Source: a virus (Duplodnaviria; Caudoviricetes). Taken from it: DNA of 53,076 nucleotides. Numbering within the stretch: position 1 is the first letter of the stretch; each line of letters begins with the position of its first letter. A program made the position numbers and the translations under genes. Under the pieces are notes generated by a model. That model ran no database searches. It was not told where the DNA came from and saw nothing but the letters and a program-made list of their open reading frames with translations. Below, one piece after another: positions 18,726-28,808 of the stretch. The DNA lies in IMG/VR virus record IMGVR_UViG_3300038393_002038, positions 1 to 53,076 of that record, one strand, 5' to 3'.

Positions 18726-19214
18726 CTATTTTTTAAATAATAAAAACGTTAATCCACCGATTGCCAAAACTGAAAAAATACTTATCCCCACAATCCACCA
18801 TGTTTTCTTTGTGGAACCTGTTTGACTTGCTTTTAAATCGGTTTGTAATTGTGTGATTTGTCCGGTTGCTTTATTCAGGTCATCCTTAACTAAGTTTACC
18901 GCCCTTTGATCTGTGATATAAGTAACTAACGTGTCTGTCTTGTTCACTAATTTGGTAACCGTCTGGTAAACTGTTTTAATTTGTGTGATAGGATTAAAAA
19001 CCGTGTCAACGTTAAAAAGTGTGTCATAACGAACGACTTCTTTTCCGTTTATAAATTGTCTTACCGTATCAATAGAGCAAGGATTGGCAACCTGCCATTG
19101 TTTACCCACCTGATTAAACAGGGTAGGATTATATGTTACCCTTGCTACGGCATTGCGGTTTTTTGTTACCGTACAACTACACAAAATGAGGGATATGAGA
19201 ATAAGTTTTTTCAT
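18726..19214 (-). CDS. Lipoprotein with C-terminal TM, candidate unimolecular spanin
   Basis: Lipobox-like LCSC, coiled coil, C-terminal TM + KK; lies in the lysis cassette. Confidence 0.65.
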   Translation of the reverse strand: MKKLILISLILCSCTVTKNRNAVARVTYNPTLFNQVGKQWQVANPCSIDTVRQFINGKEVVRYDTLFNVDTVFNPITQIKTVYQTVTKLVNKTDTLVTYITDQRAVNLVKDDLNKATGQITQLQTDLKASQTGSTKKTWWIVGISIFSVLAIGGLTFLLFKK

Positions 19215-19240
19215 AATTAAAGGGGGACAAGCCCCCTATT

Positions 19241-19504
19241 TTAAAGCGTAATACCGTTTTTTGCTGCTGAATCTGCAAGCAATTTTTGCGCGGCTGCAAT
19301 AGTCTGATCGTCCAGAGAAGTAGCGCTTTTAGTGGCTGCTTCAGCGGCTTTTTTAAGCCCGTAATTAGCGAGAAACAGCAATGCTTTGTACTCGTCGGGA
19401 TCCTTCGTATAAAAGGATTGCAAAAAAGTAAGAATAGCGTCTTGTTCGCCTGCTACAATGGCGGCAATCAGAATTGAACCGATGGAATCTAAATTGAATT
19501 TCAT
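19241..19504 (-). CDS. Lysis-region hypothetical protein
   Basis: 87-aa helical ORF. Confidence 0.7.
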   Translation of the reverse strand: MKFNLDSIGSILIAAIVAGEQDAILTFLQSFYTKDPDEYKALLFLANYGLKKAAEAATKSATSLDDQTIAAAQKLLADSAAKNGITL

Positions 19505-19515
19505 ATTTGTTTGTT

Positions 19516-19713
19516 TTATTGATTTTTTTTTACTTGTGAACTATCGGCTGACTGCCTTGCTATCAGAGCAATAACAGCACTAAGGAGAATCTTTCCCCAA
19601 TTGGTTTGGCCGTTTTGGTACGCTTCTACAGAAGCTGTTACAATAAATTGAGCGTAGCCAAGAAGAGATGTTTTCCATGAATCCCCTAAGATGGCAGCTA
19701 AAATTTTGTTCAT
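19516..19713 (-). CDS. Holin candidate
   Basis: SWKTSLLG, two hydrophobic helices, basic C-terminus. Confidence 0.55.
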   Translation of the reverse strand: MNKILAAILGDSWKTSLLGYAQFIVTASVEAYQNGQTNWGKILLSAVIALIARQSADSSQVKKNQ

Positions 19714-19715
19714 GA

Positions 19716-20000
19716 TTATAATTTAAAGATGTGAGTTAAAATAAGCACCACAATTCCCGAAACGGCAGCCCAAATAATGTTGACATAGAGTTGTCTTTTG
19801 CTTTCCTTTGCTTCAACTTTTTCTATGCGTTCTTTGAGGCGTAAAATCTGTTTTTGTTGTCCGGCAATGTCAGCGACTAAACCGCCATCTTTGGAAATTT
19901 CATTCCCTACCAAACAGTTGTAAACCGATTCGAGCTTCTTGCCGAATTCGGATAAGTTGTTTTTTATCGACGATATATCCTGTTCTAAATTCTCTCCCAT
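19716..20000 (-). CDS. Coiled-coil + C-terminal TM protein (holin/XhlA-like)
   Basis: Architecture and location. Confidence 0.6.
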   Translation of the reverse strand: MGENLEQDISSIKNNLSEFGKKLESVYNCLVGNEISKDGGLVADIAGQQKQILRLKERIEKVEAKESKRQLYVNIIWAAVSGIVVLILTHIFKL

Positions 20001-20003
20001 CTC

Positions 20004-20186
20004 TTATTTCTTTCCTGGTTGAAAATTTAAAAGTCCAATTACTACTGCTACAACAAGGCTTATCACAGCAATTAAAGTGTGATTGCTCTGCAAAAAGTCC
20101 GGATTAACGGCAGGTTTTTCAATCGAAAAACAATAAAAAGAGAATAGAATTAAAGCGGCTGCTAAAACATTACTTAGAATTTTCAT
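20004..20186 (-). CDS. Small 2-TM protein
   Basis: Hydrophobic segments. Confidence 0.65.
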   Translation of the reverse strand: MKILSNVLAAALILFSFYCFSIEKPAVNPDFLQSNHTLIAVISLVVAVVIGLLNFQPGKK

Positions 20187-20193
20187 TTTGATT

Positions 20194-20571
20194 TTATTTA
20201 AAAGTGAATTTTAATATAATTGCGGTTAGTAGTAAACCAGCATAAACAAACCATTTTATTTTACCGATCTTATCAGTTTGGGCGGTTGTACCGTTGTAAT
20301 TCCATGCCACGCCCAAGTCAACAAGATTCACAAGAATATCCCACAGGATCACACAGATAACTCCCGATAAAAAGATGTCTTTCCATGCACTTGTAAAAAA
20401 GTGTTCGGCTACTACTCCGACAAAAAACATAACACGCATAAAAGCGCCCCACGGATGCCATTTTCGTTTAGCCGTTGCCCACGTAGATTTCATATCTTCA
20501 AATTGGTATTTTGTGTACATCACAAAAGCAAACGTGAACAGAATTGAGGTTAAATAAATTAAGTAGTTCAT
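20194..20571 (-). CDS. Multi-pass membrane protein
   Basis: About 4 TM; start reassigned to MNYLIY. Confidence 0.7.
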   Translation of the reverse strand: MNYLIYLTSILFTFAFVMYTKYQFEDMKSTWATAKRKWHPWGAFMRVMFFVGVVAEHFFTSAWKDIFLSGVICVILWDILVNLVDLGVAWNYNGTTAQTDKIGKIKWFVYAGLLLTAIILKFTFK

Positions 20572-20671
20572 AAATGTGTTTGAGTTATCATATACCCTAT
20601 TCCTACTGCCATTAAAATCATGATCAACCAATAAGCGGCAGAAATAAGAGTGTTTTTAAAATTGTGCTGTA

Positions 20672-21217
20672 TCATTGACTTATAAATTGAGTTGTTACAA
20701 AATCAAAATATCCCTCAAACGTCCCATAGTACACCCCGAAAACGTCCGGTTTCCGATCAAAAAAATCATTTACCCCGATATGAAGAGGAACGAGTTTTGA
20801 ACTTACCTTTCTGCCGGTCATATCATAAAGAGAATAAGTCATTAGTTGATCTCTCTGGCTTTCGATTGTATAATGAATCCGGTTAGATACGGACACTTTT
20901 ACGCTTAATGTTTGAATCGAAGTTTTCTTACCGTGTGCCGGTGGTGGATTTTTAACGACTTCTGCAACCAGTATTGCACACGTAGTGTCTTGGTCTGCTT
21001 TAATCCGGTAGTAATAGGTCGGCCCGGGAATCGTGAATTGATAGGTTGAAGAACTTAGTTGTCCTGCTACTGTTCCGATCGTAGTCCAATTAAGAGAATC
21101 CTTGCCTTGTTGCACCAGATAGAGAGAATGCCCCGCCCCTGTCCAGTTAGCCACGTAGGGTTGCGCTTCAAGTTTGAAGGAAATAAAAAGGGTTAGTATT
21201 GTAAGAAGGAATTTCAC
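20672..21217 (-). CDS. Secreted protein with T9SS type-A-like C-terminal domain
   Basis: Signal peptide ..LEA|Q; FN3-like YYYRIKA; LYDMTGRKV...GVYY C-terminus. Confidence 0.65.
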   Translation of the reverse strand: MKFLLTILTLFISFKLEAQPYVANWTGAGHSLYLVQQGKDSLNWTTIGTVAGQLSSSTYQFTIPGPTYYYRIKADQDTTCAILVAEVVKNPPPAHGKKTSIQTLSVKVSVSNRIHYTIESQRDQLMTYSLYDMTGRKVSSKLVPLHIGVNDFFDRKPDVFGVYYGTFEGYFDFVTTQFISQ

Positions 21218-22917
21218 TTATTGATATAAATTTTGTTTCCGTGAGTAACAAAATAATTTGAAAGCGATTTTACTGTGATCTGTACCGTATCAGTTGCTGT
21301 GGTTCCGTTATTATCGGTCACTGTAAGTTGAAAAACATAAGTACCCGCCGTAAGATTGGTAAGTGTCGGATTTGCGATACCCGAATTGCTTATTGTATAT
21401 GTACCGCCGCTTATTTTAGTCCAAGAATAACTTGCTATTGTTCCATCACTGTCTGTTCCGCTTCCTGATAATGTGACAGAATTTGTAGGAAGGGTAATGG
21501 TTTGATCAATTCCTGCATTAGCTGTGGGGGCAACATTAACTGTTACAGTTACTGTTCCGCTCGCTGTTTGACCGTCTGTTTGAGTTACTGTACATTGATA
21601 AGTTGAAGTACCAGCGAGACCTGTTAAACCTGTCGTGGAACTCGAAGGCGATGTGATTGTTCCTGTACCGCTTAACTTAGTCCACGAATAAGAAGTGATA
21701 CTTTCCCCCGATGCGGGAGTTCCAACTGCGGTAACACTGGTAGAGGTTGTGTTGATGACCTGACTGCCTGACATCGAGATTGTCGGAGCCGGTGAAGAAC
21801 TGGTATCGGTCAACGTGTAAACATTGAACCCTTCAGTCACTAAAGAATATTTTCTGCCACGTGCCAGTGAATCAGGATTAGTTATCCAATTTCTCCAATC
21901 GTATAGTCCACCAAACTTCACATAGTCGTCATAATATCCTGATCCTATTTGGGTATTTTTAAGATAGTAAACTGTTTGACCGTCCAGTTGTACTTTCATG
22001 AAAGCGCCTTGTCCCTGACCTTCTTTAATGGTGAATCTAAGCGTTCTGGAATGTGTAAAATCCGGTATATAACCAAGCGTCAAAGAATCTGTTTGAAATC
22101 CTGCATAAATATTACCTTTTACTCCTTCGTTCATCCCAAAAACAGTGGGTGTTTGTGAGAGTGAGTGAATCTGAAACATCGTTAGAATTTCAGCCCAATC
22201 CGGTGCGCCATTAGTATTTATCAAGTTGGTATCGCTTGGTAAATATCCCTTCCACTCGAAGGTGTAAATTTTAGATGTGTCGATAAGAAACTCTCCATCT
22301 GCGAGTGCTATTTCTGCGCGTGAGTAGTAGGTAGTTCCATCACTTGTTTCACCTGCATATCCATCTTCAATCGTACTGATTAACTTTCCTCTTTGAGCAT
22401 CTATTCTTAATCCATTTAAACGGTCTCTAAATAAGTACCATTTATGGCCGTTGCCGTCCGTTACCTGCCCAAGACTGTTTGACGGCGGGAAATAAGTAGT
22501 AGTATCGCTTCTGTTGTTTACAATGCTTAGAACATTTGCATCACTTAGAGGGAAATTAAAAATTAAAGTAGAGTTAGCTGGTGCAGTGGCATAATTTACT
22601 GTGATCTTTACAGTGTCAACACTTACCCTATCTACATTATCTGTAACTTGTAACTCAAAATAAAATACTCCCTGCGGCAAAGGTGAAACTGTTGCTGTTG
22701 CAGTATTTGCGTTTGTTATTGTTGCGACACTTGAATAATCTGTACTTACTTCCCGCCATTGATAAGAAAGTCCGGTTCCAGTACTTCCTGTGCCGTTTAA
22801 AGTCGCTGAGTTGGTTGAAGTCAGGTAAATGGTTTGATCTGCACCGGCATTGGCGATTGGTTGAGATATTGCTTTTAAGGAGAAGAAAAGAATAAATATG
22901 AATAGTAGTTTTTTCAT
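21214..22917 (-). CDS. Secreted PKD-repeat protein with polysaccharide-lyase-like core
   Basis: Signal peptide; P.ANAG.DQTI PKD repeats; RAE, FQIH, YVKFGGLY. Confidence 0.7.
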   Translation of the reverse strand: MKKLLFIFILFFSLKAISQPIANAGADQTIYLTSTNSATLNGTGSTGTGLSYQWREVSTDYSSVATITNANTATATVSPLPQGVFYFELQVTDNVDRVSVDTVKITVNYATAPANSTLIFNFPLSDANVLSIVNNRSDTTTYFPPSNSLGQVTDGNGHKWYLFRDRLNGLRIDAQRGKLISTIEDGYAGETSDGTTYYSRAEIALADGEFLIDTSKIYTFEWKGYLPSDTNLINTNGAPDWAEILTMFQIHSLSQTPTVFGMNEGVKGNIYAGFQTDSLTLGYIPDFTHSRTLRFTIKEGQGQGAFMKVQLDGQTVYYLKNTQIGSGYYDDYVKFGGLYDWRNWITNPDSLARGRKYSLVTEGFNVYTLTDTSSSPAPTISMSGSQVINTTSTSVTAVGTPASGESITSYSWTKLSGTGTITSPSSSTTGLTGLAGTSTYQCTVTQTDGQTASGTVTVTVNVAPTANAGIDQTITLPTNSVTLSGSGTDSDGTIASYSWTKISGGTYTISNSGIANPTLTNLTAGTYVFQLTVTDNNGTTATDTVQITVKSLSNYFVTHGNKIYINK

Positions 22918-23207
22918 CTTTTCAAATAAATTGTATCATGGATAAAAACAGTGTCTTTAATTTTTTGAATGTAGAATTTATTCGCGTCGCAAAAATTCAC
23001 ATATAGACTATCCCACGTAACATCAAAATCATTTTTTTGTTCATTATATCTGGCTCTTCCACCTTCAATTAATTGAATACTATCACACCCTGTTATTTGG
23101 CGCCATTCAGAAGGCATAGGAATACATTGTCCATCATGTATGAAATTCTCTTTTTGATTACATCCTATGAGGATTAAAAGGGATAATATGGTTAGAAGGG
23201 TTTTCAT
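22914..23207 (-). CDS. Lipoprotein
   Basis: MKTLLTILSLLILIG|C lipobox. Confidence 0.7.
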   Translation of the reverse strand: MKTLLTILSLLILIGCNQKENFIHDGQCIPMPSEWRQITGCDSIQLIEGGRARYNEQKNDFDVTWDSLYVNFCDANKFYIQKIKDTVFIHDTIYLKR

Positions 23208-26200
23208 GGAACAATCCAATTTGTACCGTTATAGAAAACCATTACAGTTGTACTTCCACCTCCGCTCACTGTTGCTAATGCCGTAGGACTTGAAGCATCG
23301 GTAACATAAGCAACATCTCCTACTGTTCCTGTTGGTAGTGTGGCCACTGTATAAGCCTTTAAATTGATTACATTTGATAGCGTTACCCGTCCATCATTTT
23401 TAACCTTTAGCACATCAGAATACGCGCCCGCAGCTAAACTTGTGGAAAGCTTCCATTCAGAGGTGCTTGTACCACCAATTGGAAAAACGCCGGCACGGTA
23501 ATCAACTTCCTGAGAGGCCGTTCCATTCCAAACATAACCTTGCCAAACTGCCATTAATGAATTTTGAGCCGTAACAGAAGAGGTTGCCTGCGAAAAGTCT
23601 CTTAGTAACAATCCTGTGAGAGTTCCGGATCCTCCATTAAATTGTGTAGAAGTAAACGAAGTTCCTGATACTGCGCCGTTAGCAGAAATTGTATTATTTG
23701 AGGTTATTGATGAACCAGCGGAAATAGTAGTTGCGCTCAAACTCGCGATTGCTGTAATATTGTGATTACCTACATTCCAGTTAGCCGTTAAGGGCACAGA
23801 ACCATCAGCAAGAAGAGGTGTACCACCACCACCTGAAACAACCTGTGAATCCAATCGGTACTGTGTGCCACCGATATTAAAATAAAGATGCTTTCCGCCT
23901 ATTGCAGTATCGTAAGATAAGTACCCATCTGAATTAGTTGCTTTTCCCGGTGCAAGATGAATTTGCCCCGTACTTCCACTTCCTGTTCCTGCCGGAATAT
24001 CTACATAAGCAACAGGGCTTACAATTCCACCAAAACCCGAATTCCCATTAGCCTTAATGGTCAACAAGTTAGTAGACGAAGTTGCTCCGGTTTGTTTCCA
24101 GAGTGAAAAACCTCCAAGTCCTGCTGTATTGGAATTTATAAAACTGACTTCACTTGTACCCGAATTAGCGCTGCTCACAATAGACAGTTTACTTTGACCT
24201 ATCGAACCATCCGATATGTAATTAGGAACATATCCGCCTGTAACGGCTCTTAAGTTAATAGCGGCCACAGATGAACTATCCTGAAATACTGAATTGCCGA
24301 TATGTACCGAATCTGTAAATTTCGCTAATAAATTTTTCGTTCCTAAAGCTACTCCTTCACCACTAATATTTGTGTTGGTGCCAGAATAATAAACAGGAAC
24401 ACCGTAGCTACTACTATAAGTATTACCCAGTATATTAGAGCTTGTTACACTTGTCATTTTTATGGCAGTGTCAATAGTACCCTTACTGAAAGTGTTTCCA
24501 ACAATATTTATATTTGAGATTCCATTAATATCAATAGCGGGAGCGGTTGCGTTTTGGAAATCACCAAACTCATTATTATTTATATTTACTAACGAGAAAC
24601 TACCTGTTGGTAATTTTTTGATTTTAATTGCTGAAACCTTGTAGTTTTCAAGTGAACTCATACCGGTGAACAAATCAGAAGTGCCGGATATGCTATCTGC
24701 CAAATAATTATAATTAAACCACCCTGTCGTGGTATGCCAGTTAAATTTACAGTTTGTAATTCTAAGCCCCCCTGAATTTAGTTGATGGATAGCCGCTACT
24801 GCGTTACTTGAAGATGGTAAAAATGTACATCCTGTAATATAAGAATCCCCTGCATCTGGAATAAAACGATTAGCAACGTCAACTCCGTAATTAAATATTC
24901 CTGAAAACCTACAATTAGAGAACCTGAAAAATACTGTTCCAGTAGCTTCGACGTTATTAAAGAACCCATTAACCGTTACATTCTGTAAAGTGAGACCCAC
25001 AATATATTGATGGCTTCTATAGTTGCTGTCTGCTTTAATTCCCACACTTCCACTTGTAGGTGTGGAACTCTGCAAATCATTAATCGTCAAATCTTTGAAA
25101 GTGACGTTATCTTCAACTACGTTAAACATAGCCCTGTTATAAGTAGTTATAAGCGTTGTAACTTTATTAAGGGCATCTACCATTCCATTACCTTCAAACA
25201 TGATAGGTTTATCAATTCTTATTGTAGTGTCTCCAAATAAATAAACGCCTGAACTCAAATGAACCTTACCGCCTCTTACCGGCATGGCATCAATCATAGC
25301 TTGGAAAGCACGAGCGTTCAGAGTGGAACTATCTGCCTTTGCTCCGTAAGATTCAGGGTAATACCAATCTAATTGTGAAGTTCCCCCACCCGTAGAACTG
25401 ATGACATAAGGGCTGCCGCTTGTACCACTTCCCGCTACTATTACATTTGTTCCGGGCGTTACAAGTCCTGTAATATTTGAGAGTTTACCCGCAATCGCAG
25501 TTGTATTAGAAGCAATATTTGAAGTATTGGTATTTTGCTGAGAAAGTGAGCCGTAATTAACATTATTCCATGCTGTACTGTGATATAAAGATGTATCAAA
25601 AGTAAAAGTCAGTGCATTAGAGTTTGACACACTGTCTATTCCAAGTGGCGATACAGCGAATATAGTTTTGATATTATTAGTAAAAGGAACTGCTAATCTA
25701 TATCCAGAGCCTATGTTGGAATTTGTTGCGCCACTTGCAGTTGAATTAAAAGTTATGTTTGGATAAATACCTGATAAGGTTACATTAGCTCCCGCTATAG
25801 GGTTAAATTGCAAAGGAATGGCACTTCTTATTGCAATCGCTGTATCTTGCAATTCACTTCTTGTTATGCCAGTTGCTGTAACTTCTGCTATTCTATCGTT
25901 TAAATACCCTTTAGGAATAAGTGTATTATCATCATAGGCAGAGCTGTCAATTCCTGAATATTTTAGAACACTGGTTAGTGAATCAGAGTGAAATTTTAAA
26001 GTATCATTATCAGAATAAAGCGGATTTTTTACATACTGAGTATCTTTCGGAAAAGATACTGTGTCTTTTCTTCCGTCTAATGTATTAAGGGTAAAGTAGT
26101 CTGATGCTTGTCCTATAGTGTGGTAAGCGGTGGAATCAGTAGCCAAACTAATAAGATGTTTTACTCCTTTTGTCCAGTAATAATAAGAGTTTGAAATTCT

Positions 26201-27295
26201 TGTAACTGAATCTACTTTATTTGAATTGTCAACCGGAGGTATCACAGGCGTTCCACCTTCCAGGCTTATGTAATCAATGTAATAAGTGCCTGTAGCTCCG
26301 TGACCTGTCATTGAAATAATTATCTTGTCATAAGCCGTTCCAGACCACGTAAAAGAGGAAAGCGGAATAGAAACATTCTGATAGGAACCAAACAGAGAAT
26401 TATTAACTGAAGCTGTAATTATATTACTTACGGCTGTTGTTCCGTTAAAAAACTGAAACTGAAAAGAATAATTCGAGTTATTTAGTCGGATAAAAGCCCG
26501 TAATGTTTTCGAGTTATCGACTGTTTGAGTAGTGGTAGTAAAAGTTAATGTAGAACCCTTTGAATAAGAGGACACATAAGCATCTTTGGTCCCGTGATAC
26601 GGTTGTGCAGTATTATTGAAGTCCACGGTCGCAGTTCCGCCTGTTGTCCATTCAGTATTCTCGTCATAGATTAAAGTCGAAGTAGTTCCGGTAGGTACAG
26701 TATCATTTGGATTCAAAGTAATCCCGGTCGTTAAAGCGAGTTGTGAAGCTGGGTCAACCTGTGGTGTAATCGGAGTTGAGGCGGCGATTCCTGTGATCTT
26801 CAAAGCCACACTATTGGTATCCACAGCGAATAAGTCAATTCTTGGATTGGTAGCATCTGCAGGATCAAGCGTTATCGTCGTAGCAGGTGAAGTGTAATAA
26901 ACTCCTCCTATAATGTACTGACAGGAAGAAACCAGGTAAGTAAGCCCTGAACCTGAGTAAGTTACTACGCCCCCAGAGATGATATGATTATACTGATAAG
27001 TGTTGACACCTGCAGCAGACAGTAAAGAATCTACCTGGTTTTTAGTATAACTACCCATTACCCACCTGTAACCATTCCACGCCCAAATATTTCCGTTCTT
27101 TATTGCAATAGCCCCGCTGTCGGCTACAGCTAAATGGACTGTGTCTGTTGGCTGAATGCTGGATGTGATAAATTTCGCGTTCTTCCAATCAAAGCCGTAA
27201 GCTCCTATTGTCTGGCGCAATTTTGTACTGTCATACTGGGCGGAAACGCTCGCTACAAAGGACACAGATAAAAGAAGTAAGAGTAATTTTCTCAT
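23204..27295 (-). CDS. Tail spike/fibre-like beta-helix protein with N-terminal signal peptide
   Basis: YGAKAD...AFQAMID pectate-lyase-like beta helix; fibre-like motifs; MRKLLLLLLSVSFVASVSA|Q. Confidence 0.8.
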   Translation of the reverse strand: MRKLLLLLLSVSFVASVSAQYDSTKLRQTIGAYGFDWKNAKFITSSIQPTDTVHLAVADSGAIAIKNGNIWAWNGYRWVMGSYTKNQVDSLLSAAGVNTYQYNHIISGGVVTYSGSGLTYLVSSCQYIIGGVYYTSPATTITLDPADATNPRIDLFAVDTNSVALKITGIAASTPITPQVDPASQLALTTGITLNPNDTVPTGTTSTLIYDENTEWTTGGTATVDFNNTAQPYHGTKDAYVSSYSKGSTLTFTTTTQTVDNSKTLRAFIRLNNSNYSFQFQFFNGTTAVSNIITASVNNSLFGSYQNVSIPLSSFTWSGTAYDKIIISMTGHGATGTYYIDYISLEGGTPVIPPVDNSNKVDSVTRISNSYYYWTKGVKHLISLATDSTAYHTIGQASDYFTLNTLDGRKDTVSFPKDTQYVKNPLYSDNDTLKFHSDSLTSVLKYSGIDSSAYDDNTLIPKGYLNDRIAEVTATGITRSELQDTAIAIRSAIPLQFNPIAGANVTLSGIYPNITFNSTASGATNSNIGSGYRLAVPFTNNIKTIFAVSPLGIDSVSNSNALTFTFDTSLYHSTAWNNVNYGSLSQQNTNTSNIASNTTAIAGKLSNITGLVTPGTNVIVAGSGTSGSPYVISSTGGGTSQLDWYYPESYGAKADSSTLNARAFQAMIDAMPVRGGKVHLSSGVYLFGDTTIRIDKPIMFEGNGMVDALNKVTTLITTYNRAMFNVVEDNVTFKDLTINDLQSSTPTSGSVGIKADSNYRSHQYIVGLTLQNVTVNGFFNNVEATGTVFFRFSNCRFSGIFNYGVDVANRFIPDAGDSYITGCTFLPSSSNAVAAIHQLNSGGLRITNCKFNWHTTTGWFNYNYLADSISGTSDLFTGMSSLENYKVSAIKIKKLPTGSFSLVNINNNEFGDFQNATAPAIDINGISNINIVGNTFSKGTIDTAIKMTSVTSSNILGNTYSSSYGVPVYYSGTNTNISGEGVALGTKNLLAKFTDSVHIGNSVFQDSSSVAAINLRAVTGGYVPNYISDGSIGQSKLSIVSSANSGTSEVSFINSNTAGLGGFSLWKQTGATSSTNLLTIKANGNSGFGGIVSPVAYVDIPAGTGSGSTGQIHLAPGKATNSDGYLSYDTAIGGKHLYFNIGGTQYRLDSQVVSGGGGTPLLADGSVPLTANWNVGNHNITAIASLSATTISAGSSITSNNTISANGAVSGTSFTSTQFNGGSGTLTGLLLRDFSQATSSVTAQNSLMAVWQGYVWNGTASQEVDYRAGVFPIGGTSTSEWKLSTSLAAGAYSDVLKVKNDGRVTLSNVINLKAYTVATLPTGTVGDVAYVTDASSPTALATVSGGGSTTVMVFYNGTNWIVP

Positions 27296-27306
27296 TTGTA
27301 AAAATT

Positions 27307-27351
27307 AAAAAGCCACACACCCTTAAAGTGCATGGCTTTCGTAGAAGCTCT
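27307..27351 (-). promoter_or_regulatory. Conserved leader attenuator copy 1
   Basis: AGAGCTTCTACGAAAGCC-stem-GGCTTTTT upstream of ATG 27295. Confidence 0.85.
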
Positions 27352-27367
27352 TTTTGATATTGTAAAA

Positions 27368-27384
27368 GTAATAAAATTTATTAC
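27368..27384. promoter_or_regulatory. 17-bp palindromic operator
   Basis: GTAATAAAATTTATTAC. Confidence 0.7.
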
Positions 27385-27403
27385 TTATTTTAAAATAATT
27401 TTT

Positions 27404-28798
27404 TTAGATTCTTCGTGCATAAATTACACCGATATTATCAACAATGTTTTTTGCTCCCTGATTCACTATGATATAGTCGGTTGGCTGAGGATTTGAAGCC
27501 TGACCTGGCGCCATCCTGTTCGTAGAAATAGCATGACCTGTATATCCATCGCCCTTATTAATAGCAACAGTAATCTGGCCTACCTGATTTGCCTGAAAAC
27601 CGCCCGGGTAATTCACCGGCCTTAAAACATCTGGCAATCCCTGAACATCAAAATTATTTAATCCTTTTTCGGACATATACCTGCTGTCAGGCATTCTAAA
27701 CTTTTTAAGCGTTGGGTCTAGCGCAAACTGTCCGGCCCTTGAAGAATCCACCGGATCCGTCGAAGATGCGGTATATCTGTGTGTAGCAGGAAGAACATTA
27801 TTGAGCCACCACCACATTCTTCCATATTCGTCACCATCATACCAGCCTGCAGATTCTGGTAGTACATTGGGGTGTGATAAATATCCTAGTGTCACTTTTT
27901 CTCCAACGTTCACTCCTTTGTAATCCCCGATAACTTCCCAATATGCCGTGCCACTATCATCCACAAATTTCCTGATTAACAAATGTTCCCCACGGCTTAC
28001 CCAAAACTCAGAAAACAAAATACTGGAACTGTTGAAGCCATTAAATCGAAGTGTATCTGTTCCGGAAAACAATATCTTTACCTGTACCGCTGTTCCGCCA
28101 ACAGAATTATCAAAATAATATCCTTTATCTGTTGAAATAGCCGAAAGACTGCAAACCGTGATAACCTGAGTACTTCCAGTGCCAAGGCACCTAATTCTTG
28201 TATTTATTTCATCAGTAGTGAGGGTTCTTGCCCCTTCAGTAACTGTAGTGATTCCGGTATATAGGCCTCCACCAGAGCTGCTTGTTGTCGAAATACCAGT
28301 ATCATAGGTAATCTCAATAATTATCTTTTCGCTCAGGGCAAAGGCTACATTATTAAGCATTGAAACTGTTCCAACGGTATTATCTGAAGAAAATTCAGTG
28401 CCCGGCTCATAATACCTGAAGGATTCTTTAAAAACGCCGGTAACATTTTTGCCAATAAGATAAGGGTCTGTAATTGACATCGCGCCCTCCACAGGATCAT
28501 ATGTGCCACCGCCACCACACGTGTAGAATCTTCGCTCCGCCTTCACTTCATTAGTTAATGCATCGACAATAAGCTGCGTTTGTAATGTGCCAAGAGAACT
28601 ATCATCAGGAGATTCATAATAAGAAACGTAATAATTTTCAGGATCCAAACCCGGAATAACAAAAGTGTAGCTTGTCTTTGGCATAGGAATCCATGTTTCC
28701 CACACAACCGTTGAGGGCGAAGAAACTTTTGCAGCAGTAACGTGTAGAAAATCTGTGTAGTTTACAGTTCCTAAAACAACTTTTAAATTTACAGACAT
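27404..28798 (-). CDS. Tail fibre/collar-domain protein
   Basis: C-terminal collar-like GQF...FRMPD.R...PGGFQ; position after hub genes. Confidence 0.7.
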   Translation of the reverse strand: MSVNLKVVLGTVNYTDFLHVTAAKVSSPSTVVWETWIPMPKTSYTFVIPGLDPENYYVSYYESPDDSSLGTLQTQLIVDALTNEVKAERRFYTCGGGGTYDPVEGAMSITDPYLIGKNVTGVFKESFRYYEPGTEFSSDNTVGTVSMLNNVAFALSEKIIIEITYDTGISTTSSSGGGLYTGITTVTEGARTLTTDEINTRIRCLGTGSTQVITVCSLSAISTDKGYYFDNSVGGTAVQVKILFSGTDTLRFNGFNSSSILFSEFWVSRGEHLLIRKFVDDSGTAYWEVIGDYKGVNVGEKVTLGYLSHPNVLPESAGWYDGDEYGRMWWWLNNVLPATHRYTASSTDPVDSSRAGQFALDPTLKKFRMPDSRYMSEKGLNNFDVQGLPDVLRPVNYPGGFQANQVGQITVAINKGDGYTGHAISTNRMAPGQASNPQPTDYIIVNQGAKNIVDNIGVIYARRI

Positions 28799-28808
28799 TT
28801 TATATTTT

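Noticed and set aside
20672-28798. Diversity-generating retroelement or invertible tail-fibre cassette
   Set aside because: No reverse transcriptase or invertase ORF; no TR/VR pair noticed by eye
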